A stretch of DNA of 34,832 nt from contig JAPYWX010000003.1 of NCBI GenBank assembly GCA_028276145.1, positions 1 to 34,832 on the forward strand, written 5' to 3'. A model generated the notes under the pieces. It worked only from the letters and a program-made list of their open reading frames with translations. It made no database searches and had not been told where the DNA came from. The position numbers and the translations under genes are program-made. This document shows, piece after piece, positions 20,033-29,294 of the stretch. The stretch comes from Spirochaetota bacterium (lineage in GTDB: Bacteria; Spirochaetota; Brevinematia; DTOW01). How positions within the stretch are numbered: the first letter of the stretch is position 1; every line of letters starts with the position of its first letter.

Positions 20033-21839
20033 TACCTCCCCAAATCCACCTTCTAGGCATCTTCACTTTGTTTACATCCTCATACTCAACATCCCCCAAG
20101 TTCTCACCCTCAACAAATAGCTTAACACCTGAAAGCAATTCATAGGAAACTTTAGCATTTATCAAAGTGTATGTCGTGTATGGTAGCAAATTACCATTCG
20201 CATCCTTCCCTTCAAATCTATTCCTAAAGCTTACAAGAGTATAAATACCAAAACCATATAGGTTTTGATAAACAACTAAATTAGCTTGATGCTCTAGATA
20301 CTTATCATACCTGAATGTGTAATTATCAGGTACCCCAGAATCAAACTTCGAGTATGAATAGAATACCTTAAGTAAGCCACCCTCAAGGAAGTTATGACTA
20401 AAATTCAACCCAACTTCAACACCACCACCACTAATCCACCTTATATTTTGTGCCTCAAACCTTAATCCAGGAATAGATTTATCATCAGCAAAATCTATAA
20501 CATTCAAAGCATCTCTCCAGTACCCAGAAACAAACAAATAAGAACTCTGTTCTTCATTAAGGAAGTAAAATAGATTTAGCTCATAATTCCATCCTTCTTC
20601 GGGCTTTAGGTTAGTGTTACCGAATGCTATGCCATCATAATAGTAAAGTTCAATATAGGTAGGTACTCTAAAGAACCTTGAAGCACTACCTGAGACTTTG
20701 ATAGAGTCTATTATGTAATAGTATCCTTTCAAGGAAGGTGACGGAACAACACCATAAACTCTATCACCCAAATACCAAATATCATTTCTTAGCCCAATAG
20801 AAAGAGAAGACTTATCAATAGGTGAAAAGCCATATTCAAATACAACTCCAAAAGGTACATCGTACCTGTTACCAAGTAAATTTGTCTCACCGTTTGTCGT
20901 ATAAGCTTTACTGTCAATAATGTTACCTCTCCCCTCAGCTCTCACAAACAACGAACCATAGTTACCAAAATCAAACGTGTTCTCAACACTCAAAACAGAT
21001 TGATACTTAACATGATTGTTTGTCTGAGTAGTAGGAGATGAAATATTGACAATATAGTTATCTATAGCACTCTTTGCAAGTAGGTTAACCTTGAATTTGC
21101 CAAAACCAAAACTAGCAATCCCTAATGTACCTACTTCACTTTCCCTAGCTTCAGTACCATAAAATAAGCTAGCACCATACTTCTTTTCAATATGTCCAAC
21201 AAATAAAACAAATTCTCCACCAAACAACTTCGAGACAAAAGTCGTATTCAAAATCCACTCATCAAAATCAGTGTTAAACTTCCATCCATCGCTTGTTTTC
21301 TTATCAAACGAAAACCTAAAACCAAGTACACCAAACCCCTTAGAAACCGAAAAAGTACTTCCAAAAAGCCCATAACCACCAACATAACTCCTTATATTAA
21401 CACCTTCAACAATCTCTTTCGATATATCAAAATTAATAACCCCTCCAATAGCATCACTACCATAAATAGTCGAATTACCTGACTTCTGAATAGAAACAGA
21501 ATCAATATCATAAACAGTAAAAGGCAAAGACAAATTCAAATGCCCCGTCTGAATATCATTGAAAGAAACACCACTCAAAGCGAAAGAAACCTGACTAAAC
21601 CTGCTACCCCTAATACTTACATCACTCTGAATATCAAAAGGAGCTCTATTCTGTAAATAAATACCGCTAGCCTCAAGCAAAGACCTAAAAGACACATAAT
21701 TATTGACATTCGTTAGTACCTCAACCACCGAGTACCCTTCACTAACCCTAGTATCAACAACATACTCCTCTAACTCAGTCCCAAAAGTAAAAGCATTCGC
21801 CACTAAAACCAAAAATAAACTTGCTAATAATCTTCTCAT
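20016..21839 (-). CDS. TonB-dependent outer membrane receptor
   Basis: Signal peptide, plug motifs VSIRGS and IYGSDAIGGVINF, barrel motifs FRVPT..ELY and GN.NLKPE, C-terminal Phe. ATG at 21839 after GGAGG. Confidence 0.9.
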   Translation of the reverse strand: MRRLLASLFLVLVANAFTFGTELEEYVVDTRVSEGYSVVEVLTNVNNYVSFRSLLEASGIYLQNRAPFDIQSDVSIRGSRFSQVSFALSGVSFNDIQTGHLNLSLPFTVYDIDSVSIQKSGNSTIYGSDAIGGVINFDISKEIVEGVNIRSYVGGYGLFGSTFSVSKGFGVLGFRFSFDKKTSDGWKFNTDFDEWILNTTFVSKLFGGEFVLFVGHIEKKYGASLFYGTEARESEVGTLGIASFGFGKFKVNLLAKSAIDNYIVNISSPTTQTNNHVKYQSVLSVENTFDFGNYGSLFVRAEGRGNIIDSKAYTTNGETNLLGNRYDVPFGVVFEYGFSPIDKSSLSIGLRNDIWYLGDRVYGVVPSPSLKGYYYIIDSIKVSGSASRFFRVPTYIELYYYDGIAFGNTNLKPEEGWNYELNLFYFLNEEQSSYLFVSGYWRDALNVIDFADDKSIPGLRFEAQNIRWISGGGVEVGLNFSHNFLEGGLLKVFYSYSKFDSGVPDNYTFRYDKYLEHQANLVVYQNLYGFGIYTLVSFRNRFEGKDANGNLLPYTTYTLINAKVSYELLSGVKLFVEGENLGDVEYEDVNKVKMPRRWIWGGIEVKF

Positions 21840-21859
21840 ACCTCCCTCCTTCAACAAAA

Positions 21860-21899
21860 AGAATATTAGTAAACTTCTTTGTTTTTCAAGTTTACTAAT
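21860..21899 (-). promoter_or_regulatory. Promoter overlapped by a 12-bp perfect inverted repeat (operator-like)
   Basis: ATTAGTAAACTT (21865-21876) and AAGTTTACTAAT (21888-21899), overlapping TTGAAA-N18-TATTCT on the minus strand. Confidence 0.65.
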
Positions 21900-21910
21900 G
21901 TAAAGCATCA

Positions 21911-22270
21911 GTGCTTCATAGCACTAGTGCTTCACAGCACTTTTTTATCAACCATTGAGAATTGCAGAGAGCCGGAAACCTCTTGACATCAAACATAACA
22001 AGATTCTTATTGTTCTTAATTACTTTGTTCCAATAGCATATTGTGCTTATAACAAATTTTTGACAAAAAACGGGTTAATCGGGAGGCTAAACATCTATAT
22101 TAGATGGGTTAAAGTGCTTCGTAGCACTTTGTGCTTAGTAGCACTTTCTTAATGTTTTGGAGAGTGAAGAGGGGCGAAGCTTCTTTTCAAATAATTAGGA
22201 CGTGCGGAGTGCTTATTAGTACCTAGTGCTTACTAGCACTTACTTAATTAACTCGTGCTCCATAGAACTA
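21911..22270 (-). repeat. Mosaic repeat block in inverted orientation
   Basis: A palindromes at 21911, 21927, 22114, 22131, 22226. Inverted core at about 22148-22215 with GCGAAGC loop. Confidence 0.85.
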
Positions 22271-22346
22271 ATCAATGGGACAGAATCATAGAACTCATTC
22301 TGTAAGAATTACTTAATATAATTGCCATTAAGCAATTTCGCATTCT

Positions 22347-22694
22347 CTACCTGTTGCTTTCCCTTAGCTTTTCACTTACTATCTTAGCTGTGACATTATC
22401 GACTTTTTCAACTACTTCGGGATTTGGCTTTAAAGTATAGGATATTTGGTAGGAATTTATTGCAGATTCGTATTGAGAAACTTTTTCGTAGACATCCCCT
22501 ACTTTCTCGTACTTTGAAGCCATTTCATTGATTTGTCTAGTATTTTCAGTATTAGAAGGGGTATTTACATCTCTTTCTACTTCCCTTTTTTGTTCTCTAA
22601 CCTGATTTTGAGTGTTTCTTTCGTTTCTTGACTCTGGAACAACGTTAGAGACAATATTGATATTTCTTATGTCTACAAAATTAACCCTCTCCAT
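22347..22694 (-). CDS. Hypothetical protein (weak FlaG-like appearance)
   Basis: Open frame with TTGAAA-N17-TATAAT upstream. Polar low-complexity N-half, C-terminal 'VVEKVDNVTAKIV'. Confidence 0.55.
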   Translation of the reverse strand: MERVNFVDIRNINIVSNVVPESRNERNTQNQVREQKREVERDVNTPSNTENTRQINEMASKYEKVGDVYEKVSQYESAINSYQISYTLKPNPEVVEKVDNVTAKIVSEKLRESNR

Positions 22695-22772
22695 AACACT
22701 ACAATTATTATTATACAAATAAAATTCATCTCTTTCAATAAGATTTGATTGTATAACTCTCTCCTATTAAGA

Positions 22773-22992
22773 GTGCTTAAAGCACATAGTGCTTAAAGCA
22801 CGTAGTGCTTAAAGCACAGTGTACCAGACTTGTTCCTAATAACACTTTTTACTAAACACTGGTGAGTGAAGAGAGGCTTTGTAACTCTAAAATAATTAGG
22901 ATGGGTAAGGGTGCTTATAACATCCTTAATTGAGTACTTAATAGCATTTTCTCAGTTATTCTAGAAAACGTGGAGAGGTGAAACCTCTTCAT
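22773..22992 (-). repeat. A-type array plus inverted cores
   Basis: Three identical GTGCTTAAAGCAC at 22773, 22789, 22805. Inverted core at about 22850-22922. agaggt-gaa-acctct at 22974-22988. Confidence 0.85.
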
Positions 22993-23046
22993 ATTAAATT
23001 TGAATCTAAAAAAACACTCTTTTATATTTGCTTCAAGGAGGAGTGT

Positions 23047-24783
23047 ATGCATAGGAAGATTATGTTTTTCCTTCTCTTCTTAACTGTTTCTCTAAGTTTT
23101 GCTTTTGGTCAAGAACAAGGAGTAGAGAAGTTAACAGTTAGTGACAAAGACTCGAAGTGGTGGAACGAGGTTTTCACCATAAAGAATCCACCTGATTGGG
23201 CTAAGGGAATAGGATATGAGATATTCGTAAGAAGTTTTTATGACTCAAATGGTGATGGTATCGGTGACTTTAACGGAGTAACTGAAAAGCTAGATTATTT
23301 AAAATCTCTAGGAGTAACACATATTTGGCTAATGCCTATTCACCCTTCTAAGAACTATCATGGATACGATGTACTTGACTACTATGCTGTCAATCCACAG
23401 TATGGAACGATGGAAGACTTTGAAAACTTAGTTAAGGAAGCTCACAAAAGGGGAATAAAAGTTTTGATAGACTTCGTTTACAACCACACTTCAAAAGATC
23501 ACCCTTGGTTCATAGATTCGGCAACTAATGAAAACTCAAAGTACAAAGATTGGTATGTATGGACAAATGTTGACCCTGGCGACTGGCCAAATCCTACTGG
23601 CCAATCAAAACAAAGAGTTTGGAATAAGTTTGACTTCATTAAGGGAGCATACAGAGAAGGATGGTATTTCTACTCAGCATTTAACTTTACCATACCAGAC
23701 TTGAATTTAGAAAATCCTGAAGTCATAAAGGAGCTAAAAAACATAGCCAAGTTCTGGATTGACAAGGGAGTTGATGGCTTCAGGATAGATGCAGCAAGAT
23801 TTGCAATAGCTAAAGGTCCAGATGCACAAGCAGACACACCCGAAACAATAGCTTTCTGGAAGGACTTCATGGGATACCTCAAAAAAGTAAAACCAGATAT
23901 ATATGTTGTTGCTGAGATATTCGCAGGACCTGACATAGTACAAAAATACTATCAAGGTGGTACTACATTCACCCATGGATTTAATTTTGAGTTCTCAACA
24001 TCTTTCGTTATACCTCTACTAGTGGCATCAAAGGTAAAAGTTCCAAGTGCAAAAATGCTAAGCTGGTACAACAGTAAAGCATTTCCTATAACCTTCTTAG
24101 CGCCTTTCCTCTCAAACCATGATGTAGGGAGATTCGCAACTAAAATAAGAAGTGAAGATTCACACAAGATAGCACTAACTCTACTATTAACAACTCCTGG
24201 TGGATTACCATTCCTTTACTACGGAGATGAAATAGGCTTACCAGAAGATTCAAAAGTCATCATAGGTGACGGAGGCATGAGAAGCATAATGATGTGGACA
24301 GATGAACCATTCGGTGGATTCACCAAAGGCACTAAAATATGGCACGCAAGATTTGATACTAACCTTGTCAACATCTCCGTCAAAGTCCAAGAAAACAATC
24401 CTAACTCAATACTAAACTACTACAGAAAATTAGTAGAGGTAAAAAGCTCATCAAAAGCTTTATCACAAGTAGCTGATTTCAAAGTGCTTGAAACTTCCGA
24501 CCCAATACTAGCATACGCTAGGAAATACGAAGATGAGTACGCAATAATAATTTGCAATCTATCCAAGAGAGACCCCAAAGATGTTGTTCTAGACTTAGGA
24601 GAAGTCCTAAAAGATGTAAAATACGATAAAGGCATTTCCTCCCTAATTGATACAGATGTTAACGCAATAGGTCAAAAACTAGCATCAACAGGACAAGCAG
24701 AGATAGCCCTAAAACCAAAAGAGATAATAACCCTAACATTCAAATCAAACAAACCTGTTAAAACAGAACCAAGCAAGAAATAA
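23047..24783 (+). CDS. Secreted alpha-amylase family (GH13) glycosyl hydrolase
   Basis: Signal peptide. SFYDSNGDGIGD, YHGYD, NHTS, DGFRIDAA, AEIF, SNHD. ATG at 23047 after AAGGAGGAG. Confidence 0.92.
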   Translation: MHRKIMFFLLFLTVSLSFAFGQEQGVEKLTVSDKDSKWWNEVFTIKNPPDWAKGIGYEIFVRSFYDSNGDGIGDFNGVTEKLDYLKSLGVTHIWLMPIHPSKNYHGYDVLDYYAVNPQYGTMEDFENLVKEAHKRGIKVLIDFVYNHTSKDHPWFIDSATNENSKYKDWYVWTNVDPGDWPNPTGQSKQRVWNKFDFIKGAYREGWYFYSAFNFTIPDLNLENPEVIKELKNIAKFWIDKGVDGFRIDAARFAIAKGPDAQADTPETIAFWKDFMGYLKKVKPDIYVVAEIFAGPDIVQKYYQGGTTFTHGFNFEFSTSFVIPLLVASKVKVPSAKMLSWYNSKAFPITFLAPFLSNHDVGRFATKIRSEDSHKIALTLLLTTPGGLPFLYYGDEIGLPEDSKVIIGDGGMRSIMMWTDEPFGGFTKGTKIWHARFDTNLVNISVKVQENNPNSILNYYRKLVEVKSSSKALSQVADFKVLETSDPILAYARKYEDEYAIIICNLSKRDPKDVVLDLGEVLKDVKYDKGISSLIDTDVNAIGQKLASTGQAEIALKPKEIITLTFKSNKPVKTEPSKK

Positions 24784-24798
24784 TTAAAGGAAAAACTC

Positions 24799-24822
24799 TA
24801 CCGGGGATAACATTCCCCGGTA
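24799..24822. terminator. Hairpin downstream of the amylase gene
   Basis: taccgggga-taacat-tccccggta. Confidence 0.55.
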
Positions 24823-24922
24823 TCCAATTAATCAAAATAATTTCAACAATACTTCCATCAAACTTACTTACGGTAAAGTCAGGCATATCCTTAGTGTGAC
24901 ACGGTCTAGAAACAGCTATCAA

Positions 24923-25030
24923 TTTATTGTTTTGAAAAATTCAACAGGCTAAGCCTGCCACAGGTAAACCTGTCTCTCTTCAATCACCAGAGTAGGAATT
25001 TTCACCTGTCTTAAATGTTTAGTAAGTAAA
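24923..25030. repeat. C-type module with conserved left boundary and degenerate core
   Basis: ttgttttgaaaaattcaacaggctaagcctg, acaggtaaacctgt, ctctcttcaatcaccag. Confidence 0.65.
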
Positions 25031-25071
25031 AGCGCTTAAAGAACGAAATTTTATATTTTATAAATACAATA

Positions 25072-25092
25072 ACAGGGACGTAAAGTCCCTGT
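25072..25092 (-). terminator. Hairpin downstream of the TPR gene
   Basis: acagggac-gtaaa-gtccctgt, T-rich downstream on the minus strand. Confidence 0.55.
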
Positions 25093-25116
25093 GATAAAAA
25101 CATTAGCAATAGAAAA

Positions 25117-25827
25117 CTACAAAGATGAGAGTAGTTTCTTAAGAATCCTCATCTCATCTTCATCGGCTATAGGCTCAGAATCATTAAACGGCAAGCTAAG
25201 ACCTTTTTCTACAATTTCCTTTGCTTTCTTTTTATCACCAATATCTATAAGGAATTCAGCGTAAAACCTATAAGACATCCTATTATTATACTTTATAGCT
25301 TCCTCAAAATCTTTCTTAGCTTTATTTTTATCGCCTACACTTACAGGCCACCCCGGAGCTTTGTGGTAAACTCTACCTCTAACAGCGTAAGCAGCACCAT
25401 CTCTAAACTTAGGGTCTAAACTTATAACTTTAGTCATCTCATCAACTATGGGACCAGCTAGAAAGAGGCTATTCATTATACCTGTAGCTTCAGCCCACGA
25501 ACCATAAGCAACTCCTAAATAATAATGCCCCTCAACTCCCCCAGGATTAACCTTAGTAGCAAACAGAGCGGCATCCTTTGCCTCTTCAAATATCTTTTTC
25601 TTCTCCTCTACCACTTTAACAAAATAATTTCCGAAAAACCTGGCAACAGCAGAAAACTTCCAAGCAGAATCGTAATCTTTCTTTGAAAGATACTCTGACT
25701 TGTAATAATCATAAGCCCTTTTAGCTTCATCATAATTCGTAAGAGACCTGAATATATCTACTCCAAAACCATACCTAACAAAACAAACAAAAAGAACTGC
25801 AAAGACAAATAAGAATCTCCTTTTCAT
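25117..25827 (-). CDS. Exported tetratricopeptide-repeat protein
   Basis: Signal peptide. TPR-like helices (GHYYLGVAYG, AYAVRGRVY.KAPGWP.SVGD). Confidence 0.75.
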   Translation of the reverse strand: MKRRFLFVFAVLFVCFVRYGFGVDIFRSLTNYDEAKRAYDYYKSEYLSKKDYDSAWKFSAVARFFGNYFVKVVEEKKKIFEEAKDAALFATKVNPGGVEGHYYLGVAYGSWAEATGIMNSLFLAGPIVDEMTKVISLDPKFRDGAAYAVRGRVYHKAPGWPVSVGDKNKAKKDFEEAIKYNNRMSYRFYAEFLIDIGDKKKAKEIVEKGLSLPFNDSEPIADEDEMRILKKLLSSL

Positions 25828-25900
25828 AAATCCCTCCTTAAAGGTATCATATTAATCAAGAAGTAGAATTTCAACAAATCACAAAATATCATTATAAAGT

Positions 25901-26458
25901 ATGAAAAAACAAATACGAACATACGCCTTGAAAAGGAGAAACATAATCCCCCCCTTGGAACAAATAGAATCTTCCTCCAAAATAATATCAAACCTCACTA
26001 AATCTGATTTATGGAAAAACACAAAAAGTGTTATGTTATACATGTCAGTAGGCTCTGAGGTGTTTACGTTACCTCTATTGTCTAAAGCAATAGAAGAAAA
26101 CAAGAAAATAATTTTACCGAAAGTAAAGGGAAGACACATAATTCCCACAGAAGTTGAGGGAAAATTTAGACTAATTAGCGGTTTTGGTGGTATACTCGAA
26201 CCAGAAGCTGAAGAAATATACACAGGCATAATTGAACTATGTATACTACCATTAGTTGCATTTGATAGCCAAGGCTACAGATTAGGATACGGTGGAGGAT
26301 ATTACGACAGATTCCTCAAAGAATACGAAAGCAAAATAAAGTTTAAAATAGGGTTGGCATACGAAAAACAGAGACTAGAAGAAATACCTACTGAAGAACA
26401 CGATGTTACTCTTGATGCCATATGTACTGAAAACGGAATAACACTATTTAGAAAGTAG
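25901..26458 (+). CDS. 5-formyltetrahydrofolate cyclo-ligase
   Basis: GILEP, AFD..GYRLGYGGGYYDR, HDV.LD. Confidence 0.93.
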   Translation: MKKQIRTYALKRRNIIPPLEQIESSSKIISNLTKSDLWKNTKSVMLYMSVGSEVFTLPLLSKAIEENKKIILPKVKGRHIIPTEVEGKFRLISGFGGILEPEAEEIYTGIIELCILPLVAFDSQGYRLGYGGGYYDRFLKEYESKIKFKIGLAYEKQRLEEIPTEEHDVTLDAICTENGITLFRK

Positions 26459-28943
26459 CTCTTCTGTACTTGTAAGTTGAAATATTAAACCTTTCGCAAA
26501 TGTCTAATAATCTCTTTATCTTCTCCAACTTCTCTTTATTTCCCTGAGCTTCCTGGATAAGCTTCGAGATACCTGTAGGTGACTCCAGAAATTCATAAAG
26601 CTTATCTTCTATTTCTCTTCTATTGTATATTTCTATTCCAGCCTGAGAAACAAAATCCATCACACTGATTATTTCTTTACACCCTGAATCTGCATTAGAC
26701 GATATCACTTCATCTACTTTCTTACTCAAAAACTCATAAAGCCCTTTCTGTAAGGACACGAGAGGAACATTTAAGTTGTTTTCTTTTGAAATCTTTATAA
26801 CCTTAAGAAGATAATGAGTATTCAAATCCTTACCCTCAAGCAATAGCTGCGACTGGTTATCCACATACTCCTTGAACAGATAAGAAATAAGTATTTTCTC
26901 TTCTTCCGGTAGTTTCACACCTAGCAAATAATAGCTCTCTATGACTTTCATATATTCTGAAATATCAAAATCTGTCCTTAGCCTCAATGACTTAAATTGC
27001 TTCTCGAAGAGTTTGTAAAGTATAGATTCTCTGACCTCATACTTGAGGTCAAGTAGCGTATATCCTCCAGAGAACCAATCATTGAAAAACCTCTTCACTT
27101 TCGTTAACTCCAACTCCTTTATAACTTTTTCAATGTAGTTTTCAATACCGTCATATAAATGTTCCTTGGTGTAAATGTATACCTCTCCAGTGCCGTAAGA
27201 TAGGAAAATGTAATATATATAATCTGCCCTTTCCAGCGTTATGTTGTTAGCCAATCTCACTATACCTCCCAAAACTTCAAAGCCATCAGAAACAAAAGAG
27301 CTACTTTTTTGCGGAATAATTGTATAAAAGTAATAGTTTTCAGGTTTCTGAATGTTTTTCTCACCTAGAAGGTACTTATACAACACATACTGAGCAACTA
27401 TCCTTTCAGGAGTAAATTTATACTTTTCTATCCAATTCTCAAATATCCACCTACCGTCATTAAACTGCCTTATATTACTCTTAGCCTTACTTAAGATATC
27501 TAGGAACTTATCTTTCACTTCAGTTCTTATATGGTCTCTGAGCAAGTAGAAAATATACGAAGCATATCTCATTACCTGTACTGTTTCAATACCAGAGATA
27601 TCAGCAAAAAACCAACCACAGCTTGTATACATAAGCATTTCATTATACAATGCTTCAAGGAACTTCAAAACTGTTTCCTTCTGTTCCTTTGTCAATTCTT
27701 GAGCTTTATGCTTGCTCAAGAACTCCTCAATATACTTTTCCCACTGATTTGGTGGCACAGAAGGACGAATAAAAACTAAATCTATGTAGTCATTTCTAGC
27801 TTTCCATATATCCTTGAGATAAGAGCCTATCGTGATTTCTGACAAAGAATACAGTTCATCTCTAAGGTAATCAAAAGCATTTCTCAAAGGTTCCCTCCAT
27901 GCTTGATTCCAGCCAGGCTGGCTACCTGTAGTACACCCACAATCTCTATACCATCTATCAACTCCATGAGCACAACTCCAAGAAGTACCTAAATTATTGT
28001 GTCCCTTCTTAAGTATAACCTCTTGAGAAGGCTTAATTATATCCAAAACATTAGCAAAGTTTGTAAAGTTAAATACTTTTTCTCGTTCATTCATCGTCAC
28101 CAAGTAAGAAAGGCACATATCGCCAAATGGTTCATGATGGCCATATACTTCACCATCAGTTGCTATTGAGACAAAAACCTTCGGACCATGCAGATGAGAA
28201 ACTTGAGACAAAATAGCAGATTTAAAAGCTTCTGCACTCCTCAGAAGATGATTAAAGCTAACAGCATGAGACAAATAACCATTGTAGAAGAAAACGGCTA
28301 TTTCACCATTCGGTTCTTTCAAAATGTATGGCTTAGAAAAATCTATGTCTCCTTTCGAAACATCAACCCAATTCTGACCAACCTTAACCTTTTCAACCTG
28401 ATGGGGTGAAAGTATTATGAATTTTACACCGTATTCTATCAAAAATTGAACAACAATATCATTAACAGCAGCCTCAGGCAACCATATACCCTCAGAAGGT
28501 CTACCAAACCTCTTTTCAAAATCTCTCAACCCCCACTCTATTTGTGTTATCTTATCTCTATCAGAGGCCAAAGGAAGTATCATATGATTATAAGCCTGTG
28601 CTATAGCATTACCATGACCATTGTTCCTATTTCTACTGTTATAATCTGCCTCAAGTATCTTCTCGTAAACTTTCTTATGATACTTTTCGAGATAGCTAAG
28701 AAGAGTAGGACCAAAGTTGAAACTTATATACTCGTAGTTATTGACAATTCTTTCAATTCTACCGAAGTCATTAAGGACCCTTGAAAAAGCCATTGACCTA
28801 TAACATTCATCAGTTATTCTCTCGTTCCAATCATGCCAAGGATAAGCAGAATCCTGTAAATCAATCTCACCAGTGTAAGGATCTTCCCTAGGTGGCTGGT
28901 AAAAATGCCCATGAATAACGAGATAAATCTCCTTGTGCTCCAT
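26448..28943 (-). CDS. Glycoside hydrolase family 57 protein with DUF3536
   Basis: HGHFYQPPRE, W.ERI..ECY, WLPEAA, TDGEVYGHH, SWSCAHGV.RW, MYTSCGWFF. Confidence 0.92.
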   Translation of the reverse strand: MEHKEIYLVIHGHFYQPPREDPYTGEIDLQDSAYPWHDWNERITDECYRSMAFSRVLNDFGRIERIVNNYEYISFNFGPTLLSYLEKYHKKVYEKILEADYNSRNRNNGHGNAIAQAYNHMILPLASDRDKITQIEWGLRDFEKRFGRPSEGIWLPEAAVNDIVVQFLIEYGVKFIILSPHQVEKVKVGQNWVDVSKGDIDFSKPYILKEPNGEIAVFFYNGYLSHAVSFNHLLRSAEAFKSAILSQVSHLHGPKVFVSIATDGEVYGHHEPFGDMCLSYLVTMNEREKVFNFTNFANVLDIIKPSQEVILKKGHNNLGTSWSCAHGVDRWYRDCGCTTGSQPGWNQAWREPLRNAFDYLRDELYSLSEITIGSYLKDIWKARNDYIDLVFIRPSVPPNQWEKYIEEFLSKHKAQELTKEQKETVLKFLEALYNEMLMYTSCGWFFADISGIETVQVMRYASYIFYLLRDHIRTEVKDKFLDILSKAKSNIRQFNDGRWIFENWIEKYKFTPERIVAQYVLYKYLLGEKNIQKPENYYFYTIIPQKSSSFVSDGFEVLGGIVRLANNITLERADYIYYIFLSYGTGEVYIYTKEHLYDGIENYIEKVIKELELTKVKRFFNDWFSGGYTLLDLKYEVRESILYKLFEKQFKSLRLRTDFDISEYMKVIESYYLLGVKLPEEEKILISYLFKEYVDNQSQLLLEGKDLNTHYLLKVIKISKENNLNVPLVSLQKGLYEFLSKKVDEVISSNADSGCKEIISVMDFVSQAGIEIYNRREIEDKLYEFLESPTGISKLIQEAQGNKEKLEKIKRLLDICERFNISTYKYRRATF

Positions 28944-29039
28944 AATTTAACCTCCAAAGAGTATAGACTATTATAATCACATATTCAACAAGAATATGTC
29001 AAATTTTTAGATTGTGTTGGAAATAGGCTAGCACATTGC

Positions 29040-29290
29040 TATTAGATGTTTCACCTCTCTTTACCCTCAAACACCTTTCACTTACCAAAGAACACAAGTG
29101 CTATTAACACTCAAGAAGGTGTATTTAGCACTTTACTTTTAGTAGCCCCCAATCTATTTGATTGTTGAGAGGTTTCACCTCTCTTCATTCTTCAATGTGT
29201 AATAAGAATGTGTTACTAAGCACAACGTGCTATGAAGCACGACGTACTATGAAGAACAAAGTGCTATGAAGCACAAAGTGCTATAAGCAC
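29040..29290 (+). repeat. Mosaic repeat block (cores plus A-type array)
   Basis: gagaggt-ttc-acctctc at 29167-29183. Units at 29210, 29227, 29244, 29261, 29278 (17-bp period). Confidence 0.88.
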
Positions 29291-29294
29291 ACAG

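Noticed and set aside
21955-22152. 65-aa ORF in the intergenic region
   Set aside because: TTG start without an RBS, and it runs through repeat modules. No family features.
21840-22340. Cobalamin riboswitch upstream of the TonB receptor
   Set aside because: No recognisable B12-element motifs. The region consists of A palindromes and an inverted core, and a promoter-like pair lies right next to the start codon.
22000-22340. Chromosomal replication origin at the skew change
   Set aside because: No DnaA-box cluster or dnaA/dnaN/gidA context was seen, and the skew reverts within about 2 kb.
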